Positions 23,201-28,396 of a DNA stretch of 64,000 nt are shown here, in pieces. The notes beneath the pieces are model-generated. The model did not search any database, was not told the origin of the DNA, and saw nothing but the letters and a program-made list of their open reading frames with translations. The stretch is from a virus, in IMG/VR virus record IMGVR_UViG_3300025151_003852, positions 32,001-96,000 of that record; one strand, written 5' to 3'. The first letter of the stretch is position 1. Every line of letters starts with the position of its first letter. The position numbers and the translations under genes are program-made.

Positions 23201-24498
23201 TCTCCTACATATGTAATTGTGTAAAAGTTTTCACTAACATTTGTATAAAAGCCTTCTTCCCACAAACCTTCATTAATGTTTGCAACCATTGATCCTGTGT
23301 CAGGAGTCAATGACAATGTTGGGCCATTCAATGTTAGTGAAATCGTAAACGATGTTGAATCAATAATATCTTTTACATAGTAAATTGTATCAACGTCTAG
23401 TCCACCAAGTAACGGATCACTTTCAGGTACTGCTGTAAATGTAACAGTTTGATTTGCAACTAAGTCTGCTGTAGTGCCAGATGATAATCTAAGTTGTGAT
23501 GTTGTAGTTTCATCGATTGCTAATGTGACAGGAGCAACAATTTCAGGCGATGTTAAATTAACGTCATAGTTTGCTCCATTCTCATCAAAGAATGATTGAA
23601 CAAAACCTACTTCGTTTGGTTCTTCTGTTTGATAGAACATAACAGTAAGACCTTCTAATGAAGTTACTCCGTCTATGTTTCCTACTTGACTAATTGTTAA
23701 GCCGTTAATTTCTGAAAATAGTTTTGTACTTACAACACCAACTGTATTGTTACCCGGGAATATAAAGTCATTCTGTGCTTCTCTACTTGGAACAGTAAAT
23801 GTTACATAGCCTGTATTTGCACCATTATTATTAACACCTAAAATCTCTCTTGTGTTTTGTGCTCCGTCCATGCCTGTAACACCGGGAACACCCTGTATCC
23901 AAAACTGAGTTTCTTGGTTGACTGCAAATCTATAAGAGCCGCCACGCAGTAAAGTAAGAGTAGGATTCAACGATCCTGCTCCTGCGCCTAATGCTTTAAT
24001 ACTATATGCGTTTGATGTATCTGTAACAATGTAATCTGATTCTGAAAATACTGTAGCACTAGCAACAGTGACTGCTGGAGGACCGTCTGGTATCCAAAAA
24101 TACTGATTAAAATTAATTAACTTATCTAAGTCTGTAAACGAGTCCCATGAATAAAATTGACTATTAAACAAACGAGAGTTATCTAATGTTACTCCGCCTT
24201 TAAGTTGTAATGCATCAATAAGTTCTGGGTAAGTTAAAAAGTCTTTAGCAGTAGATTGATTTTCATTTAAGAATGCAGTACCGGGTGCTAGTTGATAATC
24301 TGTTCTTGTTTTGTTTGGTTCAGTTACATAGTAATCTTTTGCATTAACACCATAACCAAACTTACTTCCGACATAACCTTGCAACGTTTCTGTTTTGGGT
24401 TCGTTGACTAATTGATCTAGTGTTGCACCTAAAAACTGTGCATTGGTAGAGGTTTTAAATATCTCAGGTAAAAACTCTAATGTTCTGATCTTTGCCAT
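5209..24498 (-). CDS. Giant 6429-aa virion structural protein (baseplate wedge gp7-like position; repeat domains and beta-propellers)
   Basis: Single uninterrupted 19.3-kb ORF directly after gp6; about 17 copies of a 'GG...YY(V/I)..I...T.FTIS...GG' repeat; Asp-box and FG-GAP-like motifs. Confidence 0.75.
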   Translation of the reverse strand: MAKIRTLEFLPEIFKTSTNAQFLGATLDQLVNEPKTETLQGYVGSKFGYGVNAKDYYVTEPNKTRTDYQLAPGTAFLNENQSTAKDFLTYPELIDALQLKGGVTLDNSRLFNSQFYSWDSFTDLDKLINFNQYFWIPDGPPAVTVASATVFSESDYIVTDTSNAYSIKALGAGAGSLNPTLTLLRGGSYRFAVNQETQFWIQGVPGVTGMDGAQNTREILGVNNNGANTGYVTFTVPSREAQNDFIFPGNNTVGVVSTKLFSEINGLTISQVGNIDGVTSLEGLTVMFYQTEEPNEVGFVQSFFDENGANYDVNLTSPEIVAPVTLAIDETTTSQLRLSSGTTADLVANQTVTFTAVPESDPLLGGLDVDTIYYVKDIIDSTSFTISLTLNGPTLSLTPDTGSMVANINEGLWEEGFYTNVSENFYTITYVGDSSDPTIRLIPAGVIPTEEKITVQFGTEFIGLDFYRSLAGEITRVPYLSALLDTLYYQDGTNANKVGVIKLIESNLTNTLDVDQDIIGQKTFTSTNGVVFTNGLKVQFDGDVVPSNYLSGEYYVQGVGESINLIPTTDLTVPEDFTGTNYIPYDSLPYSIGNFDTELFIPVDQDYITIGRNSINRNAWSRSNRWFHIDVINATAEYNDDPSIVTNYATGTAKAKRPIIEFYPNLKLFDSGTIAKAPVDFIDTRTTNAFDQVANKQQYYPDIETYTSYTATIAGVTGTSTTITIPTADIYTSFAVNMYVTDSNFALPNNTQITNIEVVGANTVLTVEFASSTVVGQTNVSIVGSDTTVNNYELFSGARVIFTADTNLEVRNKIYVVGFSTITFGSTPVITLTEADDALCLTDDQAVALRGYNYQGSTFWFDGATWEEAQQKLTVNQAPQFDIFDKDGISFGDTTVYQGSSFLGNKLFAYGRGTGVNDAVLGFPLRYSAVDNVGDISFDCSLNVDSFSYVTGSTPVTEKVNTGYVYNYTTRTDKTRELGWQTAIAPSVQYQIFELEYSKGSVASFTCDVAVIPESDDSWPRVQVYVNNVYQLESTYTITETDTSTKITLNTAPTVDTPVQILVLSNQTSDSAYYSIPINLSNNPFNTDLEVADIGDIRSQYQDIFINNPNSEGTIFGSNNLRDLGNLVPYGTKIIQNSASLVLPSVFLRKSEHNLFNALQFNADQYIQYKQQLVKTVNDIDWSQRFDPSYILDTALEQIVSAKSEGDSFFWSDMLPSQAPYKSNTYTFANALQESIYPLAQTYDFTEANYKGVLVYLTRTTSGVTKTSQLIRDVDYVVSTTAPSLTVTKDLEAGDVVTIKEYNQTYGNFVPNTPSKLGMYPKWKPEVVLDPNYQTPTYMLRGHDGSYTSLYTLDYTPETGLTDFRDQALLEFETRIYNNIKLSTLVPIERYEVLPGFFRESTYTTEDYLKIYSTQFLNWAGQNRIDYKTQTGYTKGNQFSWNYFQSGNKLTNTPIDQGYWRGIYEYFYGTSQPNIAPWEMLGFTEIPTWWTSRYGPAPYTSENGIMWGDIEAGIIYNTGGTTSVTVDELKRPGLSKIIPVDEHGDLLSPFDALVGAYDSNTLQRDWKVGDDAPAEFSYRRSSSYPFDLMRIFALTKPSQFFNLGADLDNYKFNTEFNQYLVNDRSHLNLGNIEIYGNGTAKTSYINWIVDFEKQQGVDATKDITTTLDNLDVRLIYRLAGFSDKTLLKFFVEKATPNSDNASLLIPDESYAVLLHDNQPNDQIKFSSVIIQIVENGWKVFGNSQDQAYFTTDTPINNGKKSKVEVDNYSVEIANDYTTSKKDEKIVPYGTQFYTYQALSQFLASYGSWLERKGMKFELIELGKEINWTTMIQEYLYWTQFNWENGSLLTVNPSAQNLKIEKDSDIVQPLTVQQDNFLLNQNLYPIATKDLAIERLDTAFQVKTLNSGDTMGYGQFNMSSIEHGIVFDNNTVFNDVIYNLVTGLRQNRIYLRGTKTAEWNGTVSASGFILNQDNVKEWQVAFKYAKGEIVKYKNKFFVANKTVEPSEKFVELDWTETDYNDIQKGLLPNSATRSYESTLYYNSTKANLENDADQLSFSLIGFRPRDYLASVNLSDITQVNVYKNLIETKGTTNAVSAFKGTQLPTGGIDYDVYENWAILSGEFGGTLNSNFVEFKLDQAKLTGNPGIVSLTEGTPTIGSQQEVSVHNLFNYARPIDGPDILSTLQYEDPLSLYPSAGYVNYDDVKMGAYDFRSLTNRATNVNGKRIPISQFYVRDYMWIANFKEQWRVYSVKPVGEVTAVQPNQDNTTTITFKQRHNLKVLDPVSFIEVAPNVNGYYIVTKVVNTTQIIINLQLTVSPVIRPLTGLGLTFVEQRVEKPGDIADLDLLESEFSKNTVWVDQASDGNWGVYRKSINYSLTNNLNRTDGQEFGSAVAYTPRMGYLIGDSAAGKVYRYGLNPVTNEFDEDTGSLLTGGTSFGKAIAYSNNLFVISEPETSLTTSTLRIYTLNDSVLSDDILPLQSFTSTFSSGTSLAISDDQNYIFAGNPSNNSVQVYNRQHIPLTAGYFNVGETYEITSVGTTDFTALGAVENKVGIIFVSTGAGTGTGTATQISYEAISDIDGTLAPVNASAGDNFGFSVSCDDEADCISIGAPNTASPTTKTNWGTNYSFSRLVQNIESQYTAIPNQPQQYPLAWTTSFASRNATAVASNVITFTGTAIDATYTNTPVVFNEGGTYGDSGITPNQVYYMQYVGAQTFSLKESRSTNTVITLTDEPTVNFDIYPQQEPLLVFVNGTIVDDNNYAVGGGTSDFRYFGDIRAGDIIEISTRRIQWVQTMVPEADDRVGVFMGYASDMGTYGNELLIGAPGEIRIEGAKQTDGTVYRYTNAGGKYGTVIGTGVTNLTTDTKLLINGYLVELPSGANASTVSSLINQYGITNITSSATDDGKLIISIIDQSLALVNEKLILQAPSTDAFAELGLEIYQQTQLINAPHNQSRTLFGNTIKFNEHDSVVISAPVSTRYLATTFDFIDDENLDNDTIFDNNATRWVDTWDNAGAVYMYDYLANYNGSITDPGKFTYAQNCNSQDQNYGFEPEYGTAIDFTNNQVVIGTPNLSFGDLEGQVTLFQNSGTAKDWEIYRQSAPVVDINRIQNSQVYSAETNDTLINLDYMDPMQGKLLGAARENIDYVNSVDPAIYNSAIGEINSGLTWGANQIGHIWFDTTNVRWLNYHQNDVVYNSKMWGRIFPGSQVACYTWVKSTTPPNQYTGTGTPKSNTKYSVETDINATNTVQPCYYFWVRNTNKVETSIGKTLSDTTIQRYIGEPSRSGIAYFAPLLPNTFALYNTQPYINTTDSVFHIGYAEGNNDDPSHQEFNLIKDGEPDDFLPGLPKFGPQTSTNRPEGLYDRLLDSLSGVDEVGEVVPNPYLPKAVQSGVLARPRQSFFFSRFLGLENYLEYANKVLAEYPISETRQDATYLFASGEFYDTADYWQYVNWWLPTKNPVGQYNNNTKSTVSVEKYSDLAKLNVEVNTIATVEANGDGKWEMYRYDGNSVWTRIGLENGTIQFNTYLWDYAAGKTGFGDNFFDTTDFDEYPSEETRWIIRALNEQIYIDELVEFRNKSLIILFEYIQSETDESQNYLPWLNKTSLVDVSHVIRELKPIQNYQQDNQEFLSGYINEAKPYHVVIKDFLFKYTGIDTYDGNVTDFDLPAEWNETTQSYISPQLVYENVDGTNEFLPTDAIWQKEQYRNWYNNYGLSLVGESDYEITELNEYMTIGSVLIMVDNAQGFPINGTIQIDEEIISYSFVDRALNTLGGLQRGLNGTTPTTHLPGAKIIIDLPAVVILDGGKNYVEPPKVTAYIDLEKYPAPRVDAELEAVMSVDSVISVNVINPGEGYAVLPEIRVAPAEQLFFTNDDINSTLHTIKLFAPSLQTGNLIQYKDDSTTGATVTRLVDGQWYYINVLETTPTTIVGLYTSYDDAVNETNRVELSAGTTDGDFALNVGAKASAITSSSPTRENNLAVRFDRTTYTSQVLDWEANVFYGAFFAGSYFNSENVASSSISLQATQPPIADISASAQGAIFEIANVTNDHNVYYTEFKRIVELTETTGNLIRLDPYDENNGELNSSGSTIGFYVGMPIKFTGAVIGGIVDEQVYYVHSVVNVTDFTISETPGGAVKTLPDATAPLAGMFAYAGEVTDTAVVTLNYPGLLTATATEAVTNKITIPQSVIGTGGTDGFYVGIPLFFTGDVFGDIEENDVYYVTTVVDEQTITIGPTETPLTTTVSATTTSTDIITVADTTGFSINDPVIFNMMLDVNGNKITDFGGITSGTVYYVNEIVSMTELKVGVSVNVSPLTLSTVTTGSALLTNQKDTIDLSTATGSMLMHVSLPVSPGQVDGQKFTMYNTSAYYTDITSGVLTNTLDRTCYATIAGDNAEGTDNRIALNEQDKGTFNFYTDMPIVFNSVPGGSGLSTGVTYYIFDFSLDGDESTYITVDCTSTSSSTNRITCADTSSLWVNMPIRFTGVGLGNIVVGDEYYIKSIDSSTQFTITEVAGGSTFVLQNDNGPMVGTGNPWIRLSTSKGGTQDVTVADTNSTFSLSQTPTVDGVFDIGYKLGGYRVILSNAGEGYAIDNVITISGSELGGDSPLNDATLKVNSVDADGTITSLIVSGEPNDLTTDYYLKVVGQNTLEVYSDARMTVPVSGIGFAFDGFTTTDVTGCTSGTDSITLTDVSGFSLNDEVIFEGVVPNNSIDAQVSTSYYIKTIDTGTNEVTISSNPGGTVVNVITTVSITGLTLSKAGGYAFLPEPFYFNQSIIKYLDRVYRCVISNNDSEFIIGKWEELRSDDRVLNALDRVEGYYQPNINMPGIDLEQLFTGITYPNAVYLGNAFAPEDQFTVDTVLKDEPFYPTGVSITGVLWNGINYIASANFDKYTGVIASIEGQSWSTKQISNIVVNATDIVYGGGLYVMTTTNTATPIYRSNDGVTWTTNGWFTPYGALPYDTNPYSSTSLSIAAITLQSTAHRNNYYVSVGEGIVNSPDTYVWTERKVYDTPLAVTLYGVNSIDTTGFGGFIAVGKGKKYDYSTGVTELIDTNIIAYSYEPTGEYWQDGPQLTPNGLYGVASNGTIAIAVGENDVKYQTNNGGDWTGINEVGIVSINESSNELNVTNTDGFINADPVRFTDSFGGLLIDTTYYINIVSSTQVEVYTDSGLTSQVTLVDDVIPLQARMYLYDANSDVLRDVIYADSIWMTVGDNGRIQTSSDGLRWTTQTSGTTQDLNGVTYSPETDTFVVVGDNNAILQSTDSGVTWTSTGVFTVEAPVYDVKGDEFTSGYGPEELVPGLVKDNLNLTVVTRPGTVWDVTQYSHTGFNVVSRVIEPATEFQVDYSFDQFVQYPIDMSVQIIDPITGLGTGLATSEYSINWITKVITLNTPLAFAPKQSLRVDVYEVGNGNQLVKGNTDTDPIRETVSTGFDDIYLNCNYSASFFQGSGAIRTGSASVEVEATETIAAGDTIVCVSVSDFTVNESISFQGVVFGGVAEDTPYFVKSISTATNSITISETYDSSTGLAGPIKSLTDATGSMIVNIQTGSGTVWTDPLVYHNGTRLVLGKTNSVSRTKASNNGITVGTTAGLAVGNRIQFAADMFGSDITPNTVYYIESIIDNNEFTISETDGGPVFTLSDASGISSYVTNDYAIGRQPNGIQAKLVLASPTGYVNGEDYLVYSIFGDSGDPSQYGYSVPEIQEYVGNGSQASFPMSNFNGGDNPHNAIVEVNGLRQTSSQYTVDDGTNSVLFNAPPALNDKISVLTYNNTERQYLTTQYGISGTSGSSFTTITVTATTHTEGTFDEDTPDVETYDQDTPTVVMYDELLDTLTCADTSVLAEDEPIVFSNPTIGGITAGVTYYILEIIDATTFTISLTVGGTPVTVTTDSGSMVGSSNAITVANITNIETGQEEPLRVTQATATDGITNAITFDTTSGFAVDQQIYFQGTDFGGLEQGTVYFVENVIDSTTATIKDQTGAQVSLSTATGLMVTTCGGNPTTRITTGIPHSLATDQLVRIDGVYGAVELNGNSYYVRVFDQYRFEIYTQVYNPALDAVNYPVTGVSTYISGGYVWRQGTFFLVTTQATATATTNRITCQDTSQLVVNNEVIFSQQGQVAGAPVLGGLTQGTTYYIKQILSGTEFTIGLTRNASSEVSLTNDTGVMNVTQWEQTNVERLWVTVNGYRLPTNKLRLDEDNEVSILTDIAPGDVVIITNMIPHSTPDEEIYLNAVNQDGEQSVYRANTQSRTWLAEPIFPLSQVIYLGDVTRVTDNLVEDRIAPTPVDNIYSIGLNSDKNILSGVTVLNNTTGNTLDTDTYEVVIEELAPILKITDGTYISAGDSLTITSLEGNVLYINGEQIKFTSVDFDNNSVTGLQRGANGTAVQNYTAKYTEVFSLLSNNQLPDLYIDQSWNSYNFNKVEGDPLSISETAPAQFLHTDIT

Positions 24499-24513
24499 AT
24501 TTTATTTACAACC

Positions 24514-27500
24514 TTAAGACTGCATTGTTGCAGGAGTTAGTGCCGGTACAATTACTATATCGTTTGTAGTAGCCGCGTTCACAAATATTTCATACGGTCT
24601 ACATTTAATTTCATATAAATCACCGAATAATTTTTCTGGGTCATCTGAAACAAGTATAACCGAACTCACTAGTTCTCCTATTTGTTCATGTAGATACGCA
24701 CTCAATTCTGAAAAGAAGAAAGTATCGCCAAAGTTCCAATTGTTAATATCAAAATAACTATCCATTGCCGCTAACACAGAACTTCTAATTTCACTATTAG
24801 ATGCATTTGTTGATTGTGATTTTACCACTTTAATAGTTGCTCTCAATGATTGATCTGCTTTAGGTCCAAACAATGGTTTAAACGTAACACTATTTAATAT
24901 GACTGAATCTGACAGCATTTTATAATCTTGTATTAAAGGATACTGAATATTCAATTCATTTAATGTTGGTTGATCAGGTTTCTTAACTGTATCCGTTGTG
25001 TCTTTAATATAATTATTAAATGCCGTGTAGTATGACTGTGTTACTACATAAAGATCAACAATGTTAGTTGTTGCTGGATCAATACGTGTTGTGTTATTAG
25101 CATTGTGTCTATACTGATAATCTAATCCTTGTCTTCCCGACTTAACAGAATAATCTAACTGCTCAGTCATAATATAATTAGGAGTAGTTATTGTGGGGTC
25201 TTGTATAGACTTATAGAATTTATTATCAGTGTATGCATAAAATAATTGTCCTACAGGGAATTCGTATTTGACAATTTCAATTTGATTTTTAGTTCCATAA
25301 GTGTAAACAACATCACTGCTAGGCACAATTAATTGTCTTGTTAAATTTACTGGATCAGTAATAGTTCTAAAGAATACATACACTCCAATATTTGCACCAT
25401 TGTTTACATAACCAGTAATATCATTAAAGAAGTCTGGGTCTAATATTAATTGACCATTGTTGACATCAGTTGCGGCAACTTCAACTTGGAAGTCGTTTAC
25501 ATAACCGTCACTTTCAACAGTTTGTCCTAAAATATTAACTTTAGTATCTTCGCCTAATGCAGTTGCTGTATTGAATACTGTGTTAATACCTAGTACATTA
25601 ATAAAGTCTTGTATGATTTTACCTGTAAACGGATCGTACACTAATTCATCTTTACTAAAAGTAAATCTTGTATCAGCAACACTACCAAAATAGTATGTTA
25701 ACGATCTATAAGTTACTGTATAACGATTGTTTCCTAAACTAGTAAATTTAACAAAGTAATTTGCATTTGATGCAGACCCTATTGACCAACGTTCTTGGTT
25801 AATTAATAGTGAGTTGTTAAAAATTAAAGTAAAATCTTGTTGTAATTCAATTTTAAGAATTGCTTCTTGTATAACCGCACTTGATAAAGAATTATCAAAC
25901 ACTGGAATAATTTCTGTAAGTATTACTCCGTCAGGTATATAACCATTTACTGTTACTGGTCCTTTGCCATTTGCAAATGTTCCTTCGCCGTTGTTGTTAC
26001 CATCTCCAACAACATTTAATATTGTTGACCATATATAATTTTTCTCTCCGCCAGTAGGCACACCTGCAACTAGACGATTGTTTTCATCAAAGTAAAAACC
26101 TGTCGGCGCATCAAATTTTAATAATGCTCCTTGTGTTGCATATTTTGCATTAGTAGTCGTAAATGTTCCTATAGGCTGAGGTCTTTCTATTGTTCCGTCA
26201 AGTGAATAAAAGTATCCTGTTTCACTTGATGAGTCAACAGAACTTGTTTTCCAATATAAAGTATTTCCGCCACCTGTGCCTGGATAAGCATAACGAGTAT
26301 AATTTTGAATGTAATATTGATTAGCACGATTCAATGCAAGTACAGATGCTAAATCATCTGTAAAGAACTGAATAATATCTGATGTGTTGTTTACTTGTAA
26401 AGTTAAAAACCCGTCAGCATTATCTTGGTACAATGCGCCATCATCACCAAATGAATTAGTGCTTGAATACTTACCTGTTGGGTCGAGTAAATCTAAGTTT
26501 TTAGATACACCGATTGAACTTCTATTAATTGCTTTCGATTTTATAATAGAGTTGTATAAAGTGTACGGGAAGTTTGTATAGTCTTCTCCGTTAACCATTC
26601 TATTTTGTGTATAGTATCTTGTTGGTGCTCTTTGTTTAATTTGTGCTATTGGTTCTCTTGCTTGAGCATTTGTTACTGCAACCGGCAATGAAAAATTCAT
26701 AGTCAAAGTTTGAGTACTACCTACTCTGTCAATATAATTAATAGAAACACTTACTCCGTTCATTTCTGAAGGATCGATAGTATATGTTAATGCATTGCTT
26801 GATCTTACATATGCTCTAAAGTTACCTACGGGCATTTCTGAAAACACACCGTCACCGAATACATATGTAACTTGATCATTTACACGTGAGTTTACAGAAA
26901 AGATTTTCTTATCACTTGATTCTGTTTGCAAGTATGCATCGGCATAAACATTTTCTACTTGATTCCATGACCCTAATGTATTGTCTGCGTTTGTTTGATA
27001 CAACCATGTATCAGTTTCGTTGACACCCACAACATCAATATTAATTGTTTGGTTTGAAATTTGTTGTTGAAAATTAAAATTGAATGGGGTCAATGTTCCT
27101 TGTTTAAAGAAAAACATAAATCCTGTATTGGGACTACCAAAACCTAATTTATCATTTCTATATAACATGTTGATTTGATTAGTTGGTGCTGGTGGAATTT
27201 CATAAACATAATCTTCATCTAGTGTTGTTGCACTGACTAATTCAAAGTTCATTCCTTGACCATCTACTTGTGACGTAAAGGGAACAATTGGCATCGTTCC
27301 TTCTGGAAGTCTTATTCCATATTCACTTGTTGTAACACCTAAGACTTCAGCAGTATTACCTGGACGTCCTATTTTTTGCGAGTCTACCATAGCCGCATTA
27401 AATATTGTGTTCATTTGATCTAACCAATTAGTGTTAGATGGATCATTCCAACTGATCGGATTGTTACTTAAGTTTACGCCATTTGCATCTGTGATATTTT

Positions 27501-27879
27501 CAGTTGTTCTGACAGACTGAACTTTTAAGAAACCAGATGCACATGAATTTCTTTTTGGTGTGTATCCAACTAAGTCTGCTAATTTTACTACAGAGTCTCT
27601 GCGTTCGGCCGTGTCGATGAAATTTTCACGTGTGTTTAAATCATTTCTAAAGGCAAGACCTTGACCCATAAAAGCCATGACATCAAGTAGAGCAATAAAC
27701 TCTGAACTTTCGATATAATCATTGTAGGTTTCAGGATAATAAAGTCTAATATAATCGATAAAACTTTTTCTTAGAGTTTCATAATCGTATGATCGGAAGT
27801 CTGCCTCACGAAAGGTTTCGTAGATTGCTTTCCAATCATTTACTCCAAAGAGACCTGATTGCCTTGAACTTGTAGCCAT
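24514..27879 (-). CDS. gp6: Baseplate wedge protein, T4 gp6-like
   Basis: 'DFRSYDYETLRKSFIDY...NDYIESSE..ALLD..A...RENFIDTAERRDSV..LA..VGY.P' and 'TQNRMVNGEDY' are gp6/baseplate J-type motifs. Start at ATG 27879 preferred over TTG 27897. Confidence 0.8.
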   Translation of the reverse strand: MATSSRQSGLFGVNDWKAIYETFREADFRSYDYETLRKSFIDYIRLYYPETYNDYIESSEFIALLDVMAFMGQGLAFRNDLNTRENFIDTAERRDSVVKLADLVGYTPKRNSCASGFLKVQSVRTTENITDANGVNLSNNPISWNDPSNTNWLDQMNTIFNAAMVDSQKIGRPGNTAEVLGVTTSEYGIRLPEGTMPIVPFTSQVDGQGMNFELVSATTLDEDYVYEIPPAPTNQINMLYRNDKLGFGSPNTGFMFFFKQGTLTPFNFNFQQQISNQTINIDVVGVNETDTWLYQTNADNTLGSWNQVENVYADAYLQTESSDKKIFSVNSRVNDQVTYVFGDGVFSEMPVGNFRAYVRSSNALTYTIDPSEMNGVSVSINYIDRVGSTQTLTMNFSLPVAVTNAQAREPIAQIKQRAPTRYYTQNRMVNGEDYTNFPYTLYNSIIKSKAINRSSIGVSKNLDLLDPTGKYSSTNSFGDDGALYQDNADGFLTLQVNNTSDIIQFFTDDLASVLALNRANQYYIQNYTRYAYPGTGGGNTLYWKTSSVDSSSETGYFYSLDGTIERPQPIGTFTTTNAKYATQGALLKFDAPTGFYFDENNRLVAGVPTGGEKNYIWSTILNVVGDGNNNGEGTFANGKGPVTVNGYIPDGVILTEIIPVFDNSLSSAVIQEAILKIELQQDFTLIFNNSLLINQERWSIGSASNANYFVKFTSLGNNRYTVTYRSLTYYFGSVADTRFTFSKDELVYDPFTGKIIQDFINVLGINTVFNTATALGEDTKVNILGQTVESDGYVNDFQVEVAATDVNNGQLILDPDFFNDITGYVNNGANIGVYVFFRTITDPVNLTRQLIVPSSDVVYTYGTKNQIEIVKYEFPVGQLFYAYTDNKFYKSIQDPTITTPNYIMTEQLDYSVKSGRQGLDYQYRHNANNTTRIDPATTNIVDLYVVTQSYYTAFNNYIKDTTDTVKKPDQPTLNELNIQYPLIQDYKMLSDSVILNSVTFKPLFGPKADQSLRATIKVVKSQSTNASNSEIRSSVLAAMDSYFDINNWNFGDTFFFSELSAYLHEQIGELVSSVILVSDDPEKLFGDLYEIKCRPYEIFVNAATTNDIVIVPALTPATMQS

Positions 27880-27928
27880 AGTTTTTCCCTGTTTCAAGTA
27901 TTTATCTTTATGGAAAAACCGACTTTTT

Positions 27929-28378
27929 TTATGCTATTGTGGCAGTATTTGTTTGAGAATCAAAGAATAATGCTAGATCTCCTGCATTATTATATGGAGT
28001 AATAGACAATTGAACTTCTATTAAAATGCCATTATCTCTAGGATATGCTTGTATTGTGTTGATTGTAAGGCGAGGGTCTAAACCAGCAACTCGTCTGACT
28101 TCATTTTGTATTGCAGTTTGAACGTCACTTGTATTAGGCTCAAAGATAAAGTCCCATAATGTAGTTCCATAATTAGGCTTACCTACTTTTTCACCTCGTC
28201 TAATGTTAAGTGCATTAACCAAGTCTTGTATAACAAGTTGTTCATCAGTTAATTTAAACTTTTTACCAAAAACGATGGGGTTAGTTATGCCGTTGGCTTC
28301 TCCATCAATAGCAGGTGCAGGATTAACCGTACGAGGTTTATCTGCATTAATTGTTGAAAATCCTATGTAAGTTGCCAT
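27929..28378 (-). CDS. gp25: Baseplate wedge protein gp25-like (GPW/gp25 family)
   Basis: 'LVNALNIRRGEKVGKPNYGTTLWDFIFEP...DPRL' matches the gp25 signature; adjacent to gp6. Confidence 0.85.
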   Translation of the reverse strand: MATYIGFSTINADKPRTVNPAPAIDGEANGITNPIVFGKKFKLTDEQLVIQDLVNALNIRRGEKVGKPNYGTTLWDFIFEPNTSDVQTAIQNEVRRVAGLDPRLTINTIQAYPRDNGILIEVQLSITPYNNAGDLALFFDSQTNTATIA

Positions 28379-28396
28379 AATACTATTTATATCCTG

